DNA of 64,000 bases from Eledone cirrhosa (lineage: Eukaryota), in contig OZ024741.1 in assembly GCA_964016885.1 (NCBI GenBank), forward strand, positions 153,078,001 through 153,142,000. The letters are read 5' to 3'. The notes below the pieces were generated by a model that worked only from the letters and a program-made list of their open reading frames with translations, did no database searches and was not told the origin of the DNA. The position numbers and the translations under genes are program-made. Below are positions 27,603 through 39,783 of the stretch, one piece after another (position 1 is the stretch's first letter; each line of letters begins with the position of its first letter).

Positions 27603-27683
27603 GCTCTGTATAGTCTTAAAAGACTATTTCATGAAAACTTTCAGTGTAGATGGTCACGGTTGGATTTCATTCATCAGCAGAGC
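27603..27683 (-). ncRNA. Canonical type I hammerhead ribozyme with three stable stems
   Basis: Minus strand GCTCTG-CTGATGA-ATGAAA...TTTCAT-GAAA-TAGTCT tttA AGACTAT-A|CAGAGC. Confidence 0.88.
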
Positions 27684-27821
27684 TCAACAGAAACCAGGGC
27701 TCTCACAGTAATATAATCCGAAAAAGGGAGTTCTAAAACTGGCTAGTTCGCCTTCATGTGTATTTATGAAAAAGCACATGAGGAAACACACACACATATG
27801 TATGTATGTCTGTAAGTATGC

Positions 27822-27852
<31 letters not shown>

Positions 27853-27870
27853 TATACATACATATATATA

Positions 27871-27929
<59 letters not shown>

Positions 27930-27949
27930 TAGATACATATATATATACA

Positions 27950-28268
27950 TACATACATGATGGCTGCCCCCTCGTTATCGAGTATGGCCATTGCACGATA
28001 TACCATTATTAATAATTATTAATTAATTCTAGCGTGCAAATCCTGTGCATGAAGATATTTTTTTAAGTGAGGAAAGACTGTGCACTGAGCCAATCCCACT
28101 CTCTGAGCGACAGTAGCTATAACCCGAAAAGAAGAAAAGATCAACATCATCGGTAACTACTGAGCCGTAGGTTTTATATCGGAGTTATCCCAGTTTCCTG
28201 AGTTGCCTTCTCCTAGAAGAATGCCCTGACAAAGGCTAGGAGTCCTTCACTCCCAGTGGTTTAACCGC
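27950..28268 (-). mobile_element. Short RTE-derived non-autonomous element (second subfamily)
   Basis: 3' tail GGCCATACTCGATAACGAGGGGGCAGCCATCATG-(TATG)n and 5' block CTAGGAGAAGGCAACTC, homologous to the 30.7-32.7 kb units; tail fragment again at 32865-32915. Confidence 0.65.
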
Positions 28269-28319
28269 GCGGTACATGTGTATATACATATTTACACACT
28301 TTTGGATGGCCGTTGACTC

Positions 28320-28755
28320 TTACATACATACATACATACATGGTGGCTGCCAACTCGTTTTCGAGTACGGCCACTACTTTATATCCATGTAGGAGAACCC
28401 TTACCGATGCGCTGAACAAGTGTGACTTTTTAGTCCAGCCAGCGACTTGAAAACTCTGGTACAAACACTACACTTGTGACAATTGTTGACACATAGTGCT
28501 GGGCCCATGGTACCATGTAACGACAAGTGCACAGAGAGATCTCCAGATATAAAGCAATGCCTGTGCCATGAAGCTTTTATAGTGAGCAAAGGCACTGCAC
28601 AAAGCCAGTCCCACTCTCTTAACCAAGATGATATTTACCAAAAAGAAGAACAAGTCAACATCATTGGATACCATCAGAGTTGCAGGTGTTATATCAGAGT
28701 TTTCCTTCTAGAATTCTGCCTTGACAAAGGCTAAGGGGTCATCTTTCCCGGAGAG
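28320..28755 (-). mobile_element. RTE-derived non-autonomous element, 5'-truncated copy
   Basis: Same as the units at 30.7-34.2 kb; C2H2-like remnant CSVCTRVFKSLAGLKSH. Confidence 0.75.
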
Positions 28756-28858
28756 ATACATACATACATGCATACATACAGACATACATACATACATACA
28801 TACATATGTGTGTGCGTTTATAGATATATATAATTGAATATATATATATACATACAAA

Positions 28859-28906
<48 letters not shown>

Positions 28907-29169
28907 TTTAAGTGTAAACATTTTTATGTATACATTGTAAGCATATATTTTACACTTTTACACATGTAATCACCTTGGTCATATACATATGTGTGTAAGT
29001 GTATGTATGTGTATTATAAGTATGCGTTCGTGTATGTATATGTGGACTTTTCTTTCTCCCACTTCAACAAGTCCACAACACTACACTAACAGCACCTCTA
29101 TTTACTTAACCAACTACTTTCAAAAACTGCCCCAAGTAAACTTCCCCAACCCTTCTTTCTCGCACCCTG

Positions 29170-29175
29170 CTTCTG

Positions 29176-29218
<43 letters not shown>

Positions 29219-29617
29219 CCCTTTCTCTCTCTCTCGCTCTCTCTCCCTCACCATTCTCTCTCACTTCTCTCTATCTATCTATCTATCTATCTCCCTCTCT
29301 CCCTCACCTCTCTCTCTTCCTCACTCTCTCTCTCTCTCGCTTTCTCTCTCTCTCTCCATCACTTCTCTCTCTATATCTATCTATCTATCTATCTATCTAT
29401 CAATCTCCCTCCCCCTCTCTCTCTCTCTCTCTCCCTCCCTCTCTCCCGCACTCTAAAGTAATTTTGTTGTTCGCCTGCTTTTTACTTTCGTCTCCCGCAT
29501 TTCTTCAAAAGAAGACACTTCACACACACACACAGACACACACACACAGACACACGCACACACATACACACACACACACACACACATACACACACACACA
29601 TAGATACACATACACAA

Positions 29618-29663
<46 letters not shown>

Positions 29664-29676
29664 GTATGTATGTATG

Positions 29677-29710
<34 letters not shown>

Positions 29711-29981
29711 TGTATGTATGTATGTATGTATGTATGTATGTATGTATAAACAAACACATTAATCTCATAGACACCACAACCACTCAGGTAAACACACTCC
29801 TACACGTACACCTCTTAACATAGGCGACAACCCACCTCCTTAACTCCTATATATTTCTTTTGTGTCTATACTTTCACCGCTCCTCTTCTCTCCCTTTCTC
29901 TCTCTCTCTCTCGCTCTCTCTGTTTTTCTCTTTCCCTCTTTCTCTCTCTCTCTGTCTCTCCTCTTTCTCTCTCTGTCTCTC

Positions 29982-30023
<42 letters not shown>

Positions 30024-30360
30024 CATCTGTCTCTCTCTCTCTCTGTCTCTCCACCCATCTCTCTCTGTCTCTCTTTCCCCATCTGTCTCTCTCTCTCTCT
30101 CTGCCCACCCCTCTCTGTCTCTCTCCTCATCCTCCTCTCTCTCTGTCTCTTTCTCTCTCTGTCTTCCCCTCTCTCTCTCTTTCTCTCTAACCCCCTCTCT
30201 CTGCCCCCTCGCTCTGTCTCTCTCACTTTCTATCGCCCTTCTGTATCTCTTCCCCCTCCCCCCTCTCTATCTTTCCCTTCTCCGTGCTCCACCACACCAT
30301 TTTCTCCTGATCTCTCACCTCTTTCTTCTTTCTTTATCCCCCCCCCCTCTTCTATCACTT
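29170..30360. repeat. Compound (CT)n/(CA)n/(TATG)n microsatellites
   Basis: Direct. Confidence 0.95.
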
Positions 30361-30704
30361 ACGCCTCCTTGCTGCATCACACCGCAACTCAATTTGTTAT
30401 TATTATTATTATTATCATCATTATTTATTAAATAAAGAAAGAATTATTATCATTATTGTTATTATTAATATTATTCCTACCATTGCTTGTTCTCACTAAT
30501 CCTGCACTGTTTCATGTAGCTTAAGCCGGAGAAAGGGTGTAAAAAGCAGAGATAAATACTCAATCTGGCCTCTTAATCCTCTCTTCACTTCTTAACAGTT
30601 CTTTTCACAACGGCTGTTGATATTCGCATTGGGCTGGAAGGAAGGTATGGGGCAGCAGATCATCTCCTCCCCATCTCTCTCTCTCTTTCTCTCTATACAT
30701 ACGT

Positions 30705-32678
30705 ACGTACATACATACATACATACATACATACATACATACATACATACATACATACATACATACATACATACATACATGGTGGCTGCCAACTCGTTTT
30801 CGAGTACGGCCACTACTTTATATCCTGCTGAATGAGTGACTTTTTAGTCCAGCCAGCGACTTGAAAACTCTGGTACAAACACTACATTTGTGACAATTAT
30901 TGACACATAGTGCTGGGACCATGGTACCATGTGATGACAAGTACAGAGAGATCTCCAGATACAAAGCAATGCCTGTGCCATGAAGCTTTTATAGTGAGCA
31001 AAGGCACTGCACAAAGCCAGTCCCACTCTCTTAACCAAGATGATATTTACCAAAAAGAAGAACAAGTCAACATCATTGGATACCATCAGGGTTGCAGGTA
31101 TTATATCAGAGTTTTCCTTCTCCTAGAATTCTGCCTTGACAAAGGCTAAGGGGTCATCTCTCCCAGTGATTTTGGATGGCCATTGACTCTTAAGAACTCC
31201 TTTGCCCTTTGACAGGTTTTGTTTTTAGTCCTGCAGGATGCCCAAAGTCACCCTCCTCACCAAGAAACCTTAGTGGGGTGGTCAGTTTAGTCGCCAACGA
31301 CCCGACCATGAGACAGGTTGTACTGGAATACATGTTACCAGTACATACATACATACATACATACATACATACATACATACATACATACATACATACATAC
31401 ATACATACATACATACATACATACATACACACATACATGGTGGCTGCCAACTCGTTTTCGAGTACGGTCACTACTTTATATCCATGTAGGAGAACCCCTA
31501 CCGATGCGCTGAACGAGTGTGACTTTTTAGTCCAGCCAGCGACTTGAAAACTCTGGTACAAACACTACACTTGTGACAATTATTGACACATAGTGCTTTA
31601 CCTTTGGTACCATGTGACGACAAGTGCAGAGATATCTCCAGATACAAAGCAATGCCTGTGCCGTGAAGCTTTTATAGTGAGCAAAGGCACTGCACAAAGC
31701 CAGTCCCACTCTCTTAACCAAGATGATATTTACCAAAAAGAAGAACAAGTCAACATCATTGGATACCATCAGGGTTGCAGGTGTTATATCAGAGTTTTCC
31801 TTCTCCTAGAATTCTGCCTTGACAAAGGCTAAGGGGTCATCTCTCCCAGTGATTTTGGATGGCCATTGACTCTTAAGAGCTCCTTTGCCCTTTGACAGGT
31901 TTTGTTTTTAGTCCTGCAGGTTGTCCAAAGTCACCCTCCTCACCAAGAAACCTTGGTGGGGTTGCCAGTCTAGTCGCCAACGACCCGACTATGAGACAGG
32001 TTGTACTGGGAACATACATACATACATACATACATACATACATACATACATACATACATACATACATGGTGGCTGCCAACTCGTTTTCGAGTACGGCCAC
32101 TACTTTATATCCATGTAGCAGAACCCTTACCGATACGCTGAACAAGTGTAATTTTTTTAGTCCAGCCAGCGACTTGCAAACTCTGGTACAAACACTACAC
32201 TTCTGACAATTATTGACACATAGTGCTGGGCCCATGGTACCATGTGACGACAAGTGCAGAGAGATCTCCAGATATAAAGCAATGCCTGTGCTGTGAATCT
32301 TTTATAGTGAGCAAAGGCACTGCACAAAGCCAGTCCTACTCTCTTGACCAAGATGATATTTACCAAAAAGAAGAACAAGTCAACATCATTGGATACCATC
32401 AGGGTTGCAGGTGTTATATCAGAGTTTTCCTTCTCCTAGAATTCTGCCTTGACAAAGGCTAAGGGGTCATCTCTCCCGGTGATTTTGGATGGCCATTGAC
32501 TCTTAAGAACTCCTTTGCCCTTTGACAGGTTTTGTTTTTAGTCCTGCAGGATGCCCAAAGTCACCCTCCTCACCAAGAAACCTTAGTGGGGTGGTCAGTT
32601 TAGTCGCCAACGACCCGACCATGAGACAGGTTGTACTGGGATACATGTTACCAGTAGTACCAACTGGTGACCTCACAT
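30705..32678 (-). mobile_element. Three head-to-tail copies of a 630-660 bp internally deleted RTE-derived element, each ending in (TATG)n
   Basis: Tail CATGGTGGCTGCC at 30778, 31436 and 32065; RTE-like 5' block CTAGGAGAAGGAAAACTCTGA; zinc-finger remnant near the 3' end. Confidence 0.8.
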
Positions 32679-32743
32679 AGTATACATACATACACACATA
32701 CAAAAATACATACATATATACATACAAACACACATACATACAT

Positions 32744-32806
<63 letters not shown>

Positions 32807-33229
32807 TACATACATACATACATACATACATACATACATACATACATACATACATACATTACATACATGATGATGATGGCTGCCCCTTCGTTATCGAGTA
32901 TGGCCATTGCACGAGGAGAAAGAAAAAAAAAAATAATAATAATAAATAAATAAAAATAAAAAATAAATAAATAAAAATAAAATTAAAAAAAATAAAATAA
33001 AAAAGAAATATATATTACATATACATACATATATACACACACACACACACATACTCACACACACATACACACACACACATTAATAACAATAATAATAATA
33101 ATAATCATAACAACAATAATAATAACGACAACAACAATAATAATATACATATACATATATATATATACACACACACGCACACACATAATCATATCTACAC
33201 ACACACACACACACGATAGCAACTAACAG

Positions 33230-33541
33230 CGCTGCGATCGAATGTGGATTTTTAGCCCAGCCAATGATCTAAAATGTCTTGCACAGAGTCGGCAACCAAA
33301 ACATTTACTGGGAATAGTCGGCAACCAAAACATTTACTGGGAATAGTCGGCTGTGGTTGGAGTTCGTTTGAGCCCTCCTGCTGATTTACATTCTCTACCA
33401 CATGTTTGGCAAGCATGATGAGTACCATCTCCAACAGCAGCCTGGGAGTCAACCACTGGTCTTACTTTATGACTGCGAAGATGACTTTCGAGTCCAGCTT
33501 TGCTTAGGCTGAGTCTCGCACATACGCTGCAGAGTCTCGCA
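33230..33541 (-). pseudogene. LINE (RTE-like) 3' fragment with two C2H2-type zinc-finger remnants
   Basis: [21 protein letters not shown] and HACQTCGRECKSAGGLKR. Confidence 0.55.
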
Positions 33542-33544
33542 TAT

Positions 33545-34185
33545 ACATACATACATACATACATACATACATACATACATACATACATACATACATACAT
33601 ACATACATACATACATACATACATACATACATACATGGTGGCTGCCAACTCGTTTTCGAGTACGGCCACTACTTTATATCCATGTAGCAGAACCCTTACC
33701 GATGCGCTGAACGAGTGTGACTTTTTAGTCCAGCCAGCGACTTGAAAACTCTGGTACAAACACTACACCTGTGACAATTATTGGCACATAGTGCTGGGCC
33801 CATGGTACCATGTGACGACAAGTGCAGAGAGATCTCCAGATATAAAGCAATGCCTGTGCCGTGAAGATTTTATAGTGAGCAAAGGCACTGCACAAAGCCA
33901 GTCCCACTCTCTTAACCAAAATGATATTTACAACCTGTCTCATGGTCGGGTCGTTGGCGACTAAACTGGCAACCCCACCAAGGTTTCTTGGTGAGGAGGG
34001 TGACTTTGGACATCCTGCAGGACTAAAAACAAAACCTGTCAAAGGGCAAAGGAGCTCTTAAGAGTCAATGGCCATCCAAAATCACCGGGAGAGATGACCC
34101 CTTAGCCTTTGTCAAGGCAGAATTCTAGGAGAAGGAAAACTCTGATATAACACCTGCAACCCTGATGGTATCCAATGATGTTGAC
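33545..34185. mobile_element. RTE-derived element with inverted 5' part (33930-34185)
   Basis: 33545-33929 matches the unit 3' part; 33930-34185 is the reverse complement of the unit 5' part; (CATA)n flanks. Confidence 0.85.
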
Positions 34186-34242
34186 ATACATACATACATA
34201 CATATATACATACATACATACATACATACATACATACATACA

Positions 34243-34278
<36 letters not shown>

Positions 34279-34372
34279 TAATTAATTAAAGAATATTTAT
34301 GTCTCTCTATATATACACATACATATTTGTGTGTATACGCATATATATATAAGCGTGTGTGTGTGCGTGTAG

Positions 34373-34454
<82 letters not shown>

Positions 34455-34659
34455 TGAATGTCACTGATGCATGAAGTGGAAGTGTTACGGTGTTGGCATG
34501 TAATACGACTTCACTCAAACAATGCTGTACAGGTTCTTTGTATGTTACATATATAACATATATAATATTATATGCAATAATATAATATATGATATAATAT
34601 AATATAATATAATATATATATATACATATATATATTTATATGTATGTATGTGTGTGTGT

Positions 34660-34813
34660 AGGGTCGAAACTGCCAAAGACCATCTTGACGGCTGAAGACC
34701 TTGGATTTTTGTGTCTTTCATTTGTCTTTTTATTTTAAAAATATTGTTTTTCGTTCTGCCTTGTTTTCGTTCGTCGTCTTCTCTTTGTCAATATTTCTAA
34801 TTATATATATATT

Positions 34814-34822
<9 letters not shown>
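34660..34822 (+). mobile_element. Short TA-anchored element; inverted copy at 36789-36945
   Basis: 34675-34820 is the reverse complement of 36789-36945. Confidence 0.8.
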
Positions 34823-34890
<68 letters not shown>

Positions 34891-35030
34891 GATTATGCAC
34901 GAGTGCATTAATGTTTTCCAGGACACAGTGTTATGTACCGTGTAGGGGAATGTCAGCTTACAACAGAGTGGTGCTCAACGAAATGCAGAAAATAGGTGTA
35001 TATTCCAGTTTAGCTATATTCCGGGGCGTG

Positions 35031-35197
35031 TATAAAGAATTAAAAAGAACAGAAAGATGCAGTAAAAGAGATTTATTCGGTTCTAACGTACGTTTCAATA
35101 GACATCAATTTGCCTAGATAGGCAAATTGATGTCTATTGAAACGTACGTTAGAACCGAATGAATCTCTTTTACTGCATCTTTCTGTTCTTTTTAATT

Positions 35198-35204
<7 letters not shown>
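35031..35204. repeat. Near-perfect palindrome, about 86-bp arms, ending in (TA)n; holds the 3' half of a hammerhead
   Basis: Centre near 35118; right arm has GAAA-CGTACGT-T|AGAACC with palindromic stem III. Confidence 0.88.
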
Positions 35205-35250
<46 letters not shown>

Positions 35251-35253
<3 letters not shown>

Positions 35254-36724
35254 CGTTTCTGAATTTGTTTAGCAAGATTCTTTATCTGAAAACGTGTGTT
35301 GAAACCGATATTGTTATACTTTGGGAGGGTCATGTTGCCAATAAGAAACACACGCACAAGTTGCTTTCACTTCAATTTATTATAAAATAAATTTATAAAT
35401 TTAGGAATTTATAAATTTCCGGTTGGTTGGTTGGTTCCACAACCGGACAGTTGTTCATATATTGTCAAAGTTCTTTCGTGTGTGCAACCCCGAAGAACTA
35501 GAGAGACACATACAACACTTCATTCACCGTATGCAGTTCTCTGGTTACAATCAGAGAGATAAAATCAGAGTGTATAGAGGAGCCAGAACCAAATGGGAAA
35601 AAATGGTAAATAATGACACAAATGGGTCCTGCCCCTTGTATAGGAGCACATTTTGGAATAGAATAGAAAGAACTAGGAATAAGGCTAATAGAATAAACTC
35701 ATGGTATGATAGCAATAAATACCAGAGTGTAATGTTCATCGATACAACCCTTACTAGAGGTGAATTAGCTTACAAATTTAGAAAGGCCCTAGATAAACAT
35801 AAACTCAATATTAAGATAGTAGAAAGACCAGGTACCTCCATAAAAACACTTATTAGCAAGACATACCCTTTTCAAAGACCTCCCTGTATAGATAAGAAAT
35901 GTATAATCTGTAAATTAAGCCCCCATACTAACTGTAAAACTAGAAATGTAGTATATAGCATAAGATGTACTGAAGGACAATGTAGAGACAAAAATATAGT
36001 GTACATAGGTGAGACAGCTCGTAGTGTAGGGGAACGGATAAATGAACACTGGCGAGACCTTCAAGATAGTAAAGAATCAACTGTACTCTACCAACATGCT
36101 AAAATAGAACATAAGGGTAAATTAGAGAACATAGAAATAAAAATAGAATCTACACACAGAAAAGACGCAATGTTTAGACAAATCACAGAGGCAATAAACA
36201 TAAATGAATTACAACCAAAATTAAATAGAAAACATGAGTGGAACAGCAACATCACAACTTACAATTAAGGACAAAATGAAAACACACACACACATAGAAC
36301 AAACAATCAATAACATGTAACATGTAATAAACAAATAAATAAACGAATATAAACACACACAGACACCCGGATGTGGCGCATGCGCAAACTAAGCACACAA
36401 CACACACACAAAAACAAGATGGCGTAGGACAGAACAAAGGAGAGGCACAAAAAAAAACAAAGAAAAGAATCCCCAGTCACTGAAGAGGTCACAGAATGTG
36501 TGACGAAAGAACTTTGACAATATATGAGCAGCCATCTGGTTGTGGAACCAACCAACCAACCGGAAATTTATAAATTCCTAAATTTATAAATTTATTATAA
36601 TAAATTGAAGTGAAAGCAACTAGTGCGTGTGTTTCTTATTGGCAACATGACCCTCCCAAAGTATAACAATATCGGTTTCAACACACGTTTTCAGATAAAG
36701 AATCTTGCTAAACAAATTCAGAAA

Positions 36725-36727
<3 letters not shown>
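35251..36727 (+). mobile_element. 5'-truncated Penelope-like element with inverted pLTR piece (35251-35478) at its 5' end
   Basis: ORF 35479-36268 has RT thumb, CxxxxCxxC linker and GIY-YIG motif (VVYSIRC...YIGET..R..EH); pLTR 36270-36727; (TA)n on both sides. Confidence 0.92.
36476..36518 (+). ncRNA. Minimal type I hammerhead in PLE pLTR
   Basis: Same as 14936-14978. Confidence 0.8.
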
Positions 36728-36790
<63 letters not shown>

Positions 36791-36908
36791 GTGTAAATAT
36801 ATATATAATTAGAAATATTGACAAAGAGAAGACGACGAACGAAAACAAGGCAGAACGAAAAACAATATTTTTAAAATAAAAAGACAAATGAAAGATACAA
36901 AAATCCAA

Positions 36909-37649
36909 GGTCTTCAAGATGGTCTTCAGCCGTCAAGATGGTCTTTGGCCGTCAAGATGGTCTTCAGCCGTCAAGATGGTCTTCAGCCGTCAAGATGGTC
37001 TTCAGCCGTCAAGATGGTCTTCAGCCGTCAAGATGGTCTTCAGCCGTCAAGATGGTCTTTGGCCGTCAAGATGGTCTTCAGCCGTCAAGATGGTCTTCAG
37101 CCGTCAAGATGGTCTTCAGCCGTCAAGATGGTCTTTGGCCGTCAAGATGGTCTTCAGCCGTCAAGATGGTCTTCAGCCGTCAAGATGGTCTTCAGCCGTC
37201 AAGATAGTCTTCAGCCGTCAAGATGGTCTTCAGCCGTCAAGATGGTCTTTGGCCGTCAAGATGGTCTTCAGCCGTTAAGATGGTCTTCAGCCGTCAAGAT
37301 GGTCTTCAGCCGTCAAGATGGTCTTTGGCCGTCAAGATGGTCTTCAGCCGTCAAGATGGTCTTCAGCCGTCAAGATGGTCTTCAGCCGTCAAGATGGTCT
37401 TCAGCCGTCAAGATGGTCTTTGGCCGTCAAGATGGTCTTCAGCCGTCAAGATGGTCTTCAGCCGTCAAGATGGTCTTTGGCCGTCAAGATGGTCTTCAGC
37501 CGTCAAGATGGTCTTCAGCCGTCAAGATGGTCTTCAGCCGTCAAGATGGTCTTTGGCCGTCAAGATGGTCTTCAGCCGTCAAGATGGTCTTCAGCCGTCA
37601 AGATGGTCTTCAGCCGTCAAGATGGTCTTTGGCCGTCAAGATGGTCTTT
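36909..37649. repeat. 19-bp minisatellite (GCCGTCAAGATGGTCTTCA, TG variant), about 39 copies
   Basis: Direct; two alternating variants. Confidence 0.97.
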
Positions 37650-38007
37650 AATATATCTCATATAAAATAATACAGCCAATTATCCACACAATACAATATA
37701 GTTAGCACTCCAAACGTTTAATTGGGAATATACTCCGGTATTTCCTAATGTTTGTTGAGTGAGTTGGAATTGGTCGGAGTATCGCTAATAGCTTTCTCCG
37801 TTTATGTATTTATATATTTATATAATAAAGTATATATCCCTACACGCAAAAAGCGTCTAGGGACACATGTATTGTCCAACCATATGCCAATGTGGTTCAA
37901 TGGCAGGTTAATAAATTAACGAGCCAGAACATATATAATCAAGGTTTAGCAAATAAGAAAAAGTTTCAAAATAAATTTTAAAAGATTCATTGTACTCACT
38001 ATGGTTA

Positions 38008-38092
38008 CCTTTACCGAATCGGTTTCGAGTCTCAAAAATAAATGGACAGTCCTTGCGGCCTTCCAATGAAAAGATAAACTCTCGTCAGAAGG
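38008..38092 (-). ncRNA. Type I hammerhead ribozyme
   Basis: Minus strand CCTT-CTGACGA-GAGT...ACTC-GAAA-CCGATTCGGT-A|AAGG. Confidence 0.82.
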
Positions 38093-38376
38093 GTCTTTTC
38101 ACTCGGAGAATATAAAACTGGCGCTATTCAAAATTGTTCCCGAGATGAGAATGAATGATGTGGAAGCAATTCTGTCCAGTGCCGTGTGTAAAGATAGAAG
38201 CAGAGGCAGGGAGGTCAGTCTACTACCACTATAAATAGCAGCAGTCAGAACGACCACATTTTATCTCGACCAAGATGATTGCTTCCACATCATTCATTCT
38301 CATCTCGGCAACAATTTTGAATAGCGCCAGTTCGTAATTTGAACTCGGGGATTTTATATTCCCCGAGTGGAAAGAC

Positions 38377-38461
38377 CCTTCTGACGAGATTTTATCTTTT
38401 CAATGGAAGGCCGCAAGGACTGTCCATTTATTTTTGAGACTCGAAACCGATTCGGTAAAGG
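38377..38461 (+). ncRNA. Type I hammerhead ribozyme
   Basis: CCTT-CTGACGA-GA...TC-GAAA-CCGATTCGGT-A|AAGG. Confidence 0.78.
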
Positions 38462-38840
38462 TAACCATAGTGAGTACAGTGAATCTTTTTAAATTTATTT
38501 TGAAACTTTTTCTTATTTGCTAAACCTTGATTATATATATATATATATTGTTATATTTGGGGAGGGTCATATTGTTGTAAAAATATTGCCAGAATTAATA
38601 ACAGAACACACTCATTGTTTGGTTGGTTTTCGCTTCTGTATCTTTTATTTCAATTAATTCATTCGGTCCTCAATGTTTAACATTGATTGAACAACGGTCA
38701 AAAATACAGATATAATATAGACACAAACACATATATATAGTCTAACAAAGTTCTTTGGTTGCACATCTGCAACATCATCAGTGGTGCTATTATGTTCCTC
38801 CTGTTGTTTCGACACACGATTTCATATCAAAAACTCGCAA

Positions 38841-38906
<66 letters not shown>

Positions 38907-39055
38907 AAGACTGTTCGTAACTGCACTCCTTGTTTTTGTTTTGTTCTTTGCCAATATATATATCAGAAGATCCCGTTAAGAGAGAAAGCAGTGATTCTTT
39001 GCTTAAACTTTAATCTGTTATTTTAATAAATATTTGCTTTAGGGTTCTTATAAGA

Positions 39056-39330
39056 GTACCAACATTTTGGTACGCTATCATCAGATAAAATACGAAGTTT
39101 GTTTTATAAATTTTGACATAACCAAGGAGAATATACCTTAACGGTTCAAGTCATTCTTGGATAGTCAAGGATAACTTGAACCGTTAAGGTATATTCTCCT
39201 TGGTTATGTCAAAATTTATAAAACACTTCGTATTTTATCTGATGATAGCGTACCAAAATTTTGTTACCCTTGAAATATATATAATAGAATAAATATGGTT
39301 TTCTAAATATAGTTTCCATTTATTTAATAT

Positions 39331-39332
<2 letters not shown>
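39056..39332. mobile_element. Fold-back element (39056-39151 / 39174-39270) ending in (TA)n
   Basis: Inverted arms; same family as 49614-49892. Confidence 0.82.
39233..39289 (+). ncRNA. Type I hammerhead ribozyme
   Basis: TTTTAT-CTGATGA-tAG...CTt-GAAA-TATATAT-A|ATAGAA. Confidence 0.68.
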
Positions 39333-39390
<58 letters not shown>

Positions 39391-39539
39391 ATACTTTGGG
39401 AGGGTCGTGTTGCCAATAAGAAACACACGCACCAGTTGCTTTCACTTCAATTTATTATAATAAATTTATAATAAATTTATAAATTTATAAATTTCTGGTT
39501 GGTTGGTTGGTTCCACAACCAGATAGTTGTTTATATATT

Positions 39540-39582
39540 GTCATAGTTCTTTCGTCACACACTCTGTGACCTCTTCAGTGAC
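39540..39582 (-). ncRNA. Minimal type I hammerhead in PLE pLTR
   Basis: Reverse complement of 42667-42709. Confidence 0.8.
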
Positions 39583-39783
39583 TGGGGATTCCTTTCTTTG
39601 TTTCTGTGCCTCTCCTTTGTTCTGTCCTACGCCATTTTGTTTCTGTGTGTGTGTTGTGTGCTCAGTCTGCGCATGCGCCACATCCGGGTGTCTGTGTGTG
39701 TTTATGTTCATTTATTTATTTGTTTATTTATATGTTACTGGTTGGTTGTTTGTTCTATGTGTGTGTGTGTTTTCATTTTGTCC

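Larger units (their letters stand above)
37931..38538. mobile_element. Head-to-head inverted element (37931-38170 / 38278-38538) with a hammerhead in each arm; distant relative of the 457-bp unit
   Basis: Arms are reverse complements with a few differences; minus strand 37890-37935 shares TGCCATTGAACCACAT and TGTTCTGG with 17442-17478. Confidence 0.85.

Noticed and set aside
36888-37670. 260-aa repetitive ORF, and CTGAAGA in each 19-mer on the minus strand
   Set aside because: The ORF is a tandem-repeat artefact; no GAAA or stems accompany the CTGAAGA
38745-38783. Minus-strand pLTR-type hammerhead CTGATGA-t-GTTGCA/TGCAAC-CAAA
   Set aside because: Catalytic G12 is replaced and stem I is broken; treated as a dead relic
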